Below are positions 27,731 to 36,314 of a stretch of DNA of 64,000 bases, in pieces. Both the position numbers and the translations under genes were made by a program. The notes beneath the pieces were generated by a model, which saw nothing but the letters and a program-made list of their open reading frames with translations, was not told where the DNA came from and did no database searches. How positions within the stretch are numbered: position 1 is the stretch's first letter; each line of letters starts with the position of its first letter. Location: the NCBI GenBank assembly GCA_965213925.1, contig OZ243927.1, positions 4,224,001 through 4,288,000 of the forward strand, written 5' to 3'. This DNA is from Trueperaceae bacterium. Lineage in GTDB: Bacteria; Deinococcota; Deinococci; Deinococcales; Trueperaceae.

Positions 27731-29515
27731 TCAACGCATATCTTGGTCTTCATCCGGCTCACCGGGGAAGGGATCGGGCTCTATAGGCGGCTCCCCCTCC
27801 ACGGGCGGTTCCACCTCATCATCCGAAGGCGCGTCCTCACCTTCAGCCCCGCCTCCTGCGCCACCACTTTCGTCACCAGTCGCTTCCCCATCTTCACCAG
27901 CCACCTCAACCGTGAGGATTTCGCTGCCGCGCACCGGATAAGGGAGCGACAAGCGCGTGAGTTCTCGCAGTTCGTCGTCTACGTACGCTTCGACGATGAG
28001 GTCGCTCGAGGGGTCGTTCTGCCGCAACACCTCTAAAAGCTCGTCAAAGGAGAGAAGCGGTTCGCCGTCGCCGGTGGCTTCGCCGGGCTCTAAACCACCT
28101 CTTACTGTAAGGTCGAGCGGTCCTGAAAGCTCGTCGGGTAGGGGAATGCGTAACGTTTCCACCTCAGGCTCGGCGCGGTAGGGCTGCAAACGGACGTAAG
28201 CGGTGAGCATCTCGCCCGGCAGCACGTCGCCCTCGCCCTCGCGCACCACCTCGACGATGTCGGCGTAGCGCTCCTCTTTCTCGTAACTAACCGTCAAGTT
28301 GACGCGCTCGATGTCGGGGTCTTCGAAAACGTTCTGGGCGAGAATCTCCAGAGGCTGCGCCGCCAGTCCTGCACTCGCCGCCGCGATGTCGGCGGGGTCG
28401 CTGATTTGCTCCAAAAGGCGCACGGTTTCGCCGCCCGCCAACCTAATCTCCCAAGCGAGGTCGGCGGTTCCTTGGCTCACTTGCTCTAAAACCTCATCAA
28501 AGGCTTGCACGCTCGCCGCCGCCAAAAGAGGTGCGTAAAAACGCTCGTCGCTCGTCACTTCGAAGCGCTTCGTCACGCTGCCCGCGTCGCCGTTCAAGGT
28601 GAGCGTCACCGGGATGAAGTCGGGCTGCTCGCCCACTAAGCCGCTGATCGCGTAGGGGCGGTCCTGCGTGATCGCGCCTAAAATTCGCTTGCCGTTGTCC
28701 GCTAGCTTAAAGGGCACGTCTTTGCTCGGCACGATGTACGAGACGTAGGCGGGCGCGAGCGCCAGCGAGACGCCGCCCTGACCCGACAGCGGATGCCCGA
28801 ACGCCCATAATTTTCCGTCCTCGATAAGCGTCACCGTGCCGACTGCGCCGATCGTGATGTCGCCGCGCACGAGTTGGACGCTCACGGCGCTGCCCGGTTC
28901 TAAGGAATAGTCCGCGTCCTGCTCGCCCTGCTCGGTCCAGCTTCCGCTACTCTGCACGGGAAGTAAAGAGGTCTGACCGCTGGCGAAGAGGTCTTTTAGA
29001 GGCTGCGTCGCCCGCTCAGAAAGCCCCGCCATGAGGAGCGGCGTACGTACGGGAACCGCGTCCGCTAAATCCAAAGTTACATCTCCAAAAGGTTCGGGGG
29101 AGTCGAGTGACGCTTCGGCTTGCACCCCCGGCTTAGCGCGTCGCATCGTCTCGATGGGCGTGACGAGCCCTAAGCCCACCTCACTATTAGGAAAGGTGAA
29201 GCCGATGGCTCCTAAAAGGGCGTCTTCACCGTCCAGGGACAGATAAACAGGACTCCCGCTCATCCCCGCTGCGATGCCGCCCGAACGCTCGATAAAGTCG
29301 CCACTTGCGCGGATGAGCACGAGCGGAAAGCCCGTGCCTACGTCATACTGCAGCGCTAAAATCTCGACGGGAAAACGCTCCAAGACGTTGCCCGCCCCCG
29401 CCGTAATCGCGTAGCCTGTCTGACCGGGTTCTAAATTTTCTAAAGGATAGGTTTGTGCGTAGACGCTAGATAATCCTGTAAAAAAAATGGTGAGGACACA
29501 GAGAAAAAACTTCAT
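27731..29515 (-). CDS. Secreted SpoIVB-like peptidase (S55) domain protein
   Basis: Signal peptide MKFFLCVL...VYAQ; GGIAAGMSGSPVY, VTPIE, GTVT...AFGHP; acidic Pro-rich tail. Confidence 0.85.
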   Translation of the reverse strand: MKFFLCVLTIFFTGLSSVYAQTYPLENLEPGQTGYAITAGAGNVLERFPVEILALQYDVGTGFPLVLIRASGDFIERSGGIAAGMSGSPVYLSLDGEDALLGAIGFTFPNSEVGLGLVTPIETMRRAKPGVQAEASLDSPEPFGDVTLDLADAVPVRTPLLMAGLSERATQPLKDLFASGQTSLLPVQSSGSWTEQGEQDADYSLEPGSAVSVQLVRGDITIGAVGTVTLIEDGKLWAFGHPLSGQGGVSLALAPAYVSYIVPSKDVPFKLADNGKRILGAITQDRPYAISGLVGEQPDFIPVTLTLNGDAGSVTKRFEVTSDERFYAPLLAAASVQAFDEVLEQVSQGTADLAWEIRLAGGETVRLLEQISDPADIAAASAGLAAQPLEILAQNVFEDPDIERVNLTVSYEKEERYADIVEVVREGEGDVLPGEMLTAYVRLQPYRAEPEVETLRIPLPDELSGPLDLTVRGGLEPGEATGDGEPLLSFDELLEVLRQNDPSSDLIVEAYVDDELRELTRLSLPYPVRGSEILTVEVAGEDGEATGDESGGAGGGAEGEDAPSDDEVEPPVEGEPPIEPDPFPGEPDEDQDMR

Positions 29516-29623
29516 TACATCCACTATAAACCGCACGTCTGAGCGTTCGCTGACCTGCCTGGACAAGGGGGAACGAACAAGTTGTGATGAAATATTTCTT
29601 ACAAAGCTAAAAGTTTGGGGCAT

Positions 29624-29959
29624 TTACGCATGTTGCTTCGACGCCAAGTGCTGCTGACCCCAAGCGTCAATCGCGTCGATGACGTCCTGGAGCGCTAAGC
29701 CCGCCTCGGTCAAACGGTAAGAGGTGCGCGGCGGCATGGTGGATTGGATGCGCTTTTGGAGGACGCCAGCGTTTTCTAACCGCTCGAGCCTCTGCGTCAG
29801 CGTCGTCGGGTTGCACCCGCCGATGTCGCGCCCTAATTCATTGAACCCTTTCGCACCTTGCAAGAGCGAGCGCACGATGTGGAGCGTCCACTTCTCCTGC
29901 AAGAGGTTGATGGATTCGTAAACGGGGCAAAAGTCGTGTTCAGCCATCTCTGCTATCAT
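29624..29959 (-). CDS. HxlR-family winged-helix transcriptional regulator
   Basis: CPV...LLQEKWTLHIV...GFNEL...LTQRLERLE...PPRTSYRLTEAG; divergent from wrbA; start uncertain. Confidence 0.9.
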   Translation of the reverse strand: MIAEMAEHDFCPVYESINLLQEKWTLHIVRSLLQGAKGFNELGRDIGGCNPTTLTQRLERLENAGVLQKRIQSTMPPRTSYRLTEAGLALQDVIDAIDAWGQQHLASKQHA

Positions 29960-30085
29960 TCTAACACACAAACTTTGTAAGCTGGAGTAGTTGACAATCT
30001 ATAGTACTCTATATTATGGTTAAACGAGTCAAACGGACGCACAAAGTTTCAGCCAGTAAGCTTCACCCTTTCAGGAGGTCACACT

Positions 30086-30763
30086 ATGCCAACAAACGTA
30101 CTCATCCCTTTTTACAGCACCTTCGGTCACACCTACAAGATGGCGCAAGCCGTTCATGAGGGCGCGAGCGGCGTTTCGGACACCGAGGTGAGACTCCGCC
30201 GCATCCCTGAACTCGAGCAGGCACGTCAAGCCATGTCCGGCATGGACGCCTACAATCAGGCGCAAGAGGCGATGTCCGAGCACCCCGAAGTTACCCACGA
30301 CGATTTGCGCTGGGCGGACGGCATCATCTGGGGCTCGCCCACGCGCTACGGCAATATGACCGCGCAGATGAAGCAGTTTATCGACACGACGGGCCCCTTG
30401 TGGCAAAACGGCGAGTTGGAAGATAAGGCGACGGGCATGTTCACCAGCACCGCCACAATTCATGGCGGGCAAGAAACCACAATTATTACAAGCCTAGTTC
30501 CCTTCTTGCACCTCGGCATGATTTTTGTTGGCACGCCGTACGGTCAAAACCCGCAGATGATGGTGACGGACGGCATCGGCGGCTCCCCCTACGGACCCGC
30601 CACCCTCGCAGGCGGTGACGGTTCGCGTCAACCCGTCGAAGACGAGCTGGTGACAGCACGAAATCTGGGCAGCCGCGTCGCTAAGGTGGCGGCGGCGATG
30701 AAGCAGGTACGCGCTGATAATCAGCAGGGTCAGCAGGGGGACGCTGACACGTACAGCGAGTAG
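30086..30763 (+). CDS. wrbA: NAD(P)H:quinone oxidoreductase, WrbA family
   Basis: FYSTFGHT, GSPTRYGNM, STATIHGGQETT, GGSPYG; AGGAGG RBS. Confidence 0.93.
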   Translation: MPTNVLIPFYSTFGHTYKMAQAVHEGASGVSDTEVRLRRIPELEQARQAMSGMDAYNQAQEAMSEHPEVTHDDLRWADGIIWGSPTRYGNMTAQMKQFIDTTGPLWQNGELEDKATGMFTSTATIHGGQETTIITSLVPFLHLGMIFVGTPYGQNPQMMVTDGIGGSPYGPATLAGGDGSRQPVEDELVTARNLGSRVAKVAAAMKQVRADNQQGQQGDADTYSE

Positions 30764-30782
30764 GTCCAGATTCGGTAATTGT

Positions 30783-30817
30783 AAAGAGGTTGGCGCTTAG
30801 GTGCTGACCTCTTTTTT
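30783..30817 (+). terminator. Intrinsic terminator after wrbA
   Basis: AAAGAGGTTGGCGC-TTAG-GTGCTGACCTCTTTTTT hairpin with G-U pairs and a U-tract. Confidence 0.75.
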
Positions 30818-30847
30818 GTGGCGCTGTCTCTTCGTAAAATAAATGAC

Positions 30848-31210
30848 GTGTCTGTCACCGAGCCTCCCTTTAGCCCGCAACTCTTCTTGCTCATCGTCCT
30901 CTTTTTCTTGGCGATTGCAGTGGGTGCGCTGCAACTCGCCGCTGTCATCCTGAAAGCGCCGCACCGCAGCTTTGCGCGGGCGCTCGTCGGGGCGACGGTG
31001 GGCGCGATTTTCTATGCGTTCGGTTCGCTGCTTGCGCTCTTCGGTCTCACTATCGCCTTTATCTGCACGTCGATGGCGTACGCCTCGATTTTGGGGACGG
31101 CTCTGCCAAGAGGTCTGGCGGCGGCGGCGCTGCAACTTCTCTTTGTAGGTGCGTTGGTGGCGATTTTTCGGTTTTTAGGGCTGTTTCAGCTTTTGCGGGA
31201 TGTAGCTTGA
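30848..31210 (+). CDS. Small hypothetical membrane protein
   Basis: Hydrophobic ORF; TAAAAT 7 nt before GTG 30848. Confidence 0.65.
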   Translation: MSVTEPPFSPQLFLLIVLFFLAIAVGALQLAAVILKAPHRSFARALVGATVGAIFYAFGSLLALFGLTIAFICTSMAYASILGTALPRGLAAAALQLLFVGALVAIFRFLGLFQLLRDVA

Positions 31211-31239
31211 GGGTTTGGTTTGTTGGTGGAGAATCAGCG

Positions 31240-31483
31240 GAATTTCTACTGAGATTGTGTCACGCAGGAATCATCCCTAAATGTGGTTACTCAGAAATGC
31301 TTTATCCGCTAAGAGTGTTTGTGACCGGATGATACCCGCTGTAAAATTAGAGAAATTTTCACTGAGATTGTCTCACGCTTACGAAGTTTTCGCTCCGCGA
31401 AGGGAATCATCTCTGAATGTGATTGCTCGGAGGACGCTTCGTCCACTGGGAGCGTCCCTAGTCAGATGATACCTGCTATAAAT
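31240..31483. repeat. Two tandem diverged copies of a 110-130 bp structured repeat
   Basis: Each copy reads ACTGAGATTGT.TCACGC...GGAATCATC...(about 57 nt)...GATGATACCYGCT; a third copy lies at 57832-57930. Confidence 0.7.
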
Positions 31484-31618
31484 TCTGCGTGGGTAGGCTA
31501 GCCACGCCTACAGCTACCGAACGTATCGGTCTAAAGTGTCACTCTCCGAAGAGCCACGCAGTACATGAGTTTAGAATGTGAGCCTAAGTTTGTCATGAGA
31601 GTGTCAGCCTTAATTAGA

Positions 31619-32431
31619 TTACATAAGATGCTGACCATTGACGTCTAACCCAAACGTACAGCCCAAAAACTCCGAGGCGCTGCGGCACATGACCATGCGG
31701 GCTAACGAAATTTCGAAGTAATCCATCACCGAGGCAATGTCGGCATCTATTTCGAGTTCCAACGTGATGCAGCACTTATCTGGCTCCACGCGCAAGAACG
31801 ATCCTGTCACGGCGTAGTTGACCCGGTCGTGGATGTCGAAGTTCGAGTCTGTGTTGGAGTCTTGGACCCTCGAGCGGTGCACGTCCGCCTTGTCCGCCAA
31901 GATGAGCGCCGCTGCGATAGGGCTCGTCGCGTGCCCCCGCGCCTCCTCGTGGTTGCCGATGGCTCCCATAATCAGCGCGATTTCGCCCATGTCCATGCCC
32001 AAGTCCAGCAGAATATCCTTCGCCATAAGCGCCCCGATTTGCCCATGTGCGCTGCGGTTCACCACATTGCCGATGTCGTGCAAAAGCCCCGCTATCGCCG
32101 CGAGTTCGACCTGCCGCTCTGAGAAACTCAGATGACTCAGCACGTTGCTGGCGATGCTACTCACTAACTTGACGTGCCGCTCGCCGTGCTCGGTAAAACC
32201 AAGTAGCTTGAGGTGGCGGTTAGCCGCGCGAATATAGTGCTGCACGTGAGGATGCTCGCGTACTTGCTCTAACCTAACGCGATCTTTGGCGAGAGGTGCA
32301 TCGCCCGTTACGAGGGCTTCTTGTCGCTCCGCTTTTTGGGGGGGTAGCTCGAGGGTGCCCTGCGCGCTTTTGAGCGACTGAACGACAGATTCATCCGCTT
32401 TAGCTTTAATTTGTGTTGAGGTATCTCCCAT
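31619..32431 (-). CDS. HD-domain phosphohydrolase
   Basis: TEHGERH...LLHDIGN...IGNHEE...LILADKADVHRSR. Confidence 0.88.
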   Translation of the reverse strand: MGDTSTQIKAKADESVVQSLKSAQGTLELPPQKAERQEALVTGDAPLAKDRVRLEQVREHPHVQHYIRAANRHLKLLGFTEHGERHVKLVSSIASNVLSHLSFSERQVELAAIAGLLHDIGNVVNRSAHGQIGALMAKDILLDLGMDMGEIALIMGAIGNHEEARGHATSPIAAALILADKADVHRSRVQDSNTDSNFDIHDRVNYAVTGSFLRVEPDKCCITLELEIDADIASVMDYFEISLARMVMCRSASEFLGCTFGLDVNGQHLM

Positions 32432-32604
32432 AGGTTAGCTTAAAGGGCAATTGTCAGAGCTGTTGCAGCCACTTCAGGAAGAGCGCTGGGTCCAAGATGT
32501 TGTACATTGTGCGTCGATGCGCGACCCCCTGACGAAAACTACTGCGTCTATCCAATATCGGTTGGCCTTTCTTTGTCGAAACCGACATATAATGCCGAGC
32601 GTTC

Positions 32605-34617
32605 ATGTTTAAGCTCGGCCCATATGACTGGTACGTTGACGAATCGGCTGAGGCTAGCGGTGTCAGGGTCGCTGAGCTAACAGGCGAGCTGCTTGTGACC
32701 CTACGGGCGCAGCTCTCGCAAACGGACTTTATCGCCGCGCAAAAGGCAGGGTTGCTCTATGACTGGACCGAACCGAGCGACGAAGGCGCGGGAGGGGTCG
32801 AGTTGCGCTTCGGCGCGCTAGGCGTGTTACGCGATTCGACCGCGCCGAGAGGTCTGTTGGATATCAAAGACGGCAAGGAGCCGAATACACATAAGTATTG
32901 CGACGTGCAGGGCGTCGACAGCAGCCTGCGCTTCAACGGCACGGTGGAATTCAGCGGCGATGAGGTTCGTTTTGCAGGCAGCATGTACGCCAGTTACGCC
33001 AAGCAGCGCAGCTTCGAGTTGACGGCGACGGTGCCCATAGACGCGAACAGTTTGGCGCTTGAGCACTACCGCTACACCAGCCTCGAGGAGGTAGCAAGCG
33101 CGCCGCCCGAGCGCGTGCGCAAGCTGGACACCGAGCGCGTCAACATCCCCGAGTTACCCGACTGGGTGCGGCGGTTCACCGGGCTGGAGTACCTGCGCCT
33201 AGCCTACCGCCATATGAATTCATACGGCAATTTGCGCGCGTTGCCCGATTGGATAGGCGAACTGCGCGAGCTACGCGGTCTGCTCGTTCAGGGATGCAAG
33301 CTGCACCATCTACCTGAAAGTATCAGCGCGTTAGAGAACCTCGAAAACGTTGCCGTTCATGCGTGCCAGCTCACCGATACCCCTGCCGGGTTGTGGCGAC
33401 TTCCCAAGCTCAAATACCTTACGCTCTCGCAAAATCAGCTCACTGCGTTACCAGAAGGCGTCAACCTCCCCGCCCTCGAGACGTTGCAGTTACAGCACAA
33501 TAAACTCCAAACTTTACCTGTGAGTCTGCTACAGGGCTGCCCACAGCTCGTGCGCCTCAACCTCAACAACAACCCCCTCGAAACCCTTCCCGCAGGGATT
33601 GAGCGCATAGAGCACCTCGAGATAGACCTAGCTATTCGGCAGCGGCTCGCTCCTAAGCCGGTTGCGAGCGGCGGCGGTGATTACGACCCGGCGCACTACA
33701 AGATAGACGACGACCCCGCACGTAGTGCGATGCTCGAGCAGCTACTCAGCGACCCAGAAGCTGGTCTCGCGGTTCAGACCTTCGTGCGTCTAACGGCGCA
33801 AGCGGCGGTAGGCTTTCGCCAGGAGGTTACCCCCGTAGATTACTCGCGCCTGGGCGTTCACCGCTTCGGCGGCTTACCCGACCTGCCCACGGGCGAGGCG
33901 TATCCGCGCTTCAAGGCGTCGTGGACGCAAGAGGAGCAACCCGATGACGGATACGCCTACGAATTCATCGCGCAACTCGAGTGCGCGGCGCTCGCGCCGT
34001 TGCAGCGGTACTTGCCGCGCACGGGCTATCTCTACTTCTTCCTCTCGACCTTTCACGACCTCTACAACAATGCTGAGGGGTACCGACCCGGTCTGGTGAT
34101 ACACCACGACGTGGGACGCGGAGCGCTACTCAGCGGTGACCGCTTCGAGCTGACGGACGAAGATTTCTTCGAAGCCTACTCGTCTACGGGCGAGGGGTAC
34201 GCCTACACAGGTTACGACGCTGAGGCTGAAACGACTCTAGGACTGCCCCCTCTCTACCCGCTAGGTCAAAACACCTACCTCTTCCGAGAGGCCCTGCAAG
34301 CTGCGGGGCTGACGAATGACCCAGATGACGGTTGGGACGATGACGCGCTCGGCGACCTAGACATCCGCCTAGGGGATGTCGGCTCGAGCTTCGACCACCT
34401 TATGGGCGACTACGGCTTCTCACAGCACGAACTGCCTCAAACGGAGGCGGCGCTCGCGCAGGGTGGCGACCCGGCAGATTATCTGGTTTTGCTCACTGTT
34501 AAAAGTCGGGGCGATATGCAGTGGAGTGATGCGGGCGACCTGTATTACGTCATCCACAAGGGCGACCTAGCGCGTAGCGACTTCTCGCAGGTGTTCGTGT
34601 GTATGTACAGCAGTTGA
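32605..34617 (+). CDS. Leucine-rich-repeat protein with C-terminal YwqG/DUF1963-like domain
   Basis: About 7 LxxLxLxxNxLxxLP repeats, then RFGGLPDLP, FIAQL, LPRTGYLYFF, W.DAG.LYY.I...DL...DFS. Confidence 0.8.
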   Translation: MFKLGPYDWYVDESAEASGVRVAELTGELLVTLRAQLSQTDFIAAQKAGLLYDWTEPSDEGAGGVELRFGALGVLRDSTAPRGLLDIKDGKEPNTHKYCDVQGVDSSLRFNGTVEFSGDEVRFAGSMYASYAKQRSFELTATVPIDANSLALEHYRYTSLEEVASAPPERVRKLDTERVNIPELPDWVRRFTGLEYLRLAYRHMNSYGNLRALPDWIGELRELRGLLVQGCKLHHLPESISALENLENVAVHACQLTDTPAGLWRLPKLKYLTLSQNQLTALPEGVNLPALETLQLQHNKLQTLPVSLLQGCPQLVRLNLNNNPLETLPAGIERIEHLEIDLAIRQRLAPKPVASGGGDYDPAHYKIDDDPARSAMLEQLLSDPEAGLAVQTFVRLTAQAAVGFRQEVTPVDYSRLGVHRFGGLPDLPTGEAYPRFKASWTQEEQPDDGYAYEFIAQLECAALAPLQRYLPRTGYLYFFLSTFHDLYNNAEGYRPGLVIHHDVGRGALLSGDRFELTDEDFFEAYSSTGEGYAYTGYDAEAETTLGLPPLYPLGQNTYLFREALQAAGLTNDPDDGWDDDALGDLDIRLGDVGSSFDHLMGDYGFSQHELPQTEAALAQGGDPADYLVLLTVKSRGDMQWSDAGDLYYVIHKGDLARSDFSQVFVCMYSS

Positions 34618-34626
34618 GGCGTGCTT

Positions 34627-35181
34627 TTAGAGGTGCGTGGGCTCGAGCCTGAACCCCGGCAGTGAAAGCATAATGACATCAGGCATCTCTAAGTTTTGCC
34701 AAAAGGCGAACACGTTTGTCTCGTTGTAATGCGCCACAAAGAGCGACATCACCGAGGCGTGCGTGACGATAGCGAGAGGTTCGTTTGGATATTCGTGGAG
34801 AACGTTCCGCACTGCTCCATCAAACCGCTGACGCGCTTGCACTCCTGTTTCGTCTCCGAGAATGAGGTCATCGGGATTGCTGAAGAAGGACTCGAGCCGC
34901 TCCAGCCATACCTCTTGCGTTATATAAGGAACGCCCGTCCGCTCATGTTCGTACAGGTTTGGCGCAGTATTCCAGGGAGTACGGAGATGCTCAGCTAAAA
35001 CACGCCCCGTCTCTTTCGCCTTGAATTCTTCGCTGGTGATGATGCGGCTTAGCCTGTATTCTCTCAACCTCTTGGCTAAATCTTCACAAGCTGTGTAGGC
35101 GCGTTCGGTTAGGTGCCATTGACTCGAGGGGACACTCGGATTTTGCTCTGTCTCCGCATGGCGAATGAGCAAGAGGTTCAC
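34627..35181 (-). CDS. Histidine phosphatase family protein
   Basis: LLLIRHAET, KAKETG, AIVTHA; start overlaps the stop of the aminotransferase. Confidence 0.85.
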   Translation of the reverse strand: MNLLLIRHAETEQNPSVPSSQWHLTERAYTACEDLAKRLREYRLSRIITSEEFKAKETGRVLAEHLRTPWNTAPNLYEHERTGVPYITQEVWLERLESFFSNPDDLILGDETGVQARQRFDGAVRNVLHEYPNEPLAIVTHASVMSLFVAHYNETNVFAFWQNLEMPDVIMLSLPGFRLEPTHL

Positions 35182-36314
35182 TATTCAGAAAGCACGCGGA
35201 GCGCCTGCCCAACTGCCTGACCATACGGAACCTCTCGCCCCAACTCGCGCAGCACATCCTCCAAAACCGCTACAATCGTCACCGCGTCATAAGGGTCGGC
35301 GTAGCCCATGACCGAAGGGCGGAACAGCACGGGCTTAGCGTGGTCTTGTCCGCCTGCGATGCGCACACCTCTTGCGGCAAAGCCTTTGACGATGGCGGGC
35401 GCGTCTACGCCTTCGGGCGCACGGAGCGCCGCGACTGCTGGGCTGACGCGCTCGGCGTAGGCGCAGCAGTCTAAAACTTTTGCCGCCTCGAGAATCGCCC
35501 TATTCATCCTTTCGCGCCGCGCCCAAACGTTTTCAATGCCCTCATCTAAAAGCATATTTAGCGCGACGTTCAGTCCGTAAACGAGGCTCACGGCGGGCGT
35601 GTAGGCGGTCTGCCCCTGCTGTTGACTCCTGCGCTCTTTATGCAAATCTAAGTAAAAAGTTGGCGTGTCGCCCCCTCGCGCCCAAGCTCGCTTAGAAAGC
35701 CACGCGAAGGCGAGACCGGGCGGGGTCATCAAACCTTTCTGGCTACCGGAGAATATACCGTCGAGCTTCCACTCTTTGGGTCTAAGCTCCGTCACACCCA
35801 AGCTCGTCACGCAGTCCACCAAAAAAAGGGCGTCTGGCGTGACCTCTTGGATGACCCTGGAGATTGCCTCGATATTATGAAGCGCACCAGTGGACGTTTC
35901 CGAGTGCGTGGTCATCACGGCGGCGGTGTCGGGATGTTCTTTTAGGAGGTCGCGGACCGCCTCGGGTTGGGCGACGCTGCCCCACTCGAGCCCATACTCC
36001 ACTACCTCATACCCGTAGTGCCGCGCCAGCTTCACCCAGCGCTCGCCGAACTTGCCCGCGCTGATGCCGAGCACCTTACTGCCACGCGGTACGGATGCGA
36101 GTAGCCCCGCCTCAAAGCCTGCCGTGCCGCTACCTGCGAGAATTAGCACGTCTTCACCAGGTACCTGCGCGAGCTGGGCTAACTTCTCCCGCACCTCTAC
36201 AAAGAGGTGTTTGAAAACGTCGGTGCGGTGGTGCATCACCTGCCGCGACGACGCTTCTAGGACTTGCGGTGGGACTTCGACGGGTCCGGGGGCGAGAAGG
36301 CGGGGTTTATACAT
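35181..36314 (-). CDS. Class V PLP aminotransferase (serine/alanine-glyoxylate type; probable phosphoserine aminotransferase)
   Basis: LLAPGP, GKFGERW, HSETSTG, VDCVTS, SGSQKGLMTPPGL, YTP. Confidence 0.88.
   Translation of the reverse strand: MYKPRLLAPGPVEVPPQVLEASSRQVMHHRTDVFKHLFVEVREKLAQLAQVPGEDVLILAGSGTAGFEAGLLASVPRGSKVLGISAGKFGERWVKLARHYGYEVVEYGLEWGSVAQPEAVRDLLKEHPDTAAVMTTHSETSTGALHNIEAISRVIQEVTPDALFLVDCVTSLGVTELRPKEWKLDGIFSGSQKGLMTPPGLAFAWLSKRAWARGGDTPTFYLDLHKERRSQQQGQTAYTPAVSLVYGLNVALNMLLDEGIENVWARRERMNRAILEAAKVLDCCAYAERVSPAVAALRAPEGVDAPAIVKGFAARGVRIAGGQDHAKPVLFRPSVMGYADPYDAVTIVAVLEDVLRELGREVPYGQAVGQALRVLSE

Noticed and set aside
31400..31480. Cobalamin riboswitch (AGGGAA, CCACTGGG, AGTCAGA...ACCTGC look-alikes)
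   Set aside because: Lacks the GGTG.AA.TCC and CCCGC.ACTGT core, lies between convergent genes, and is better explained as one copy of a repeat.
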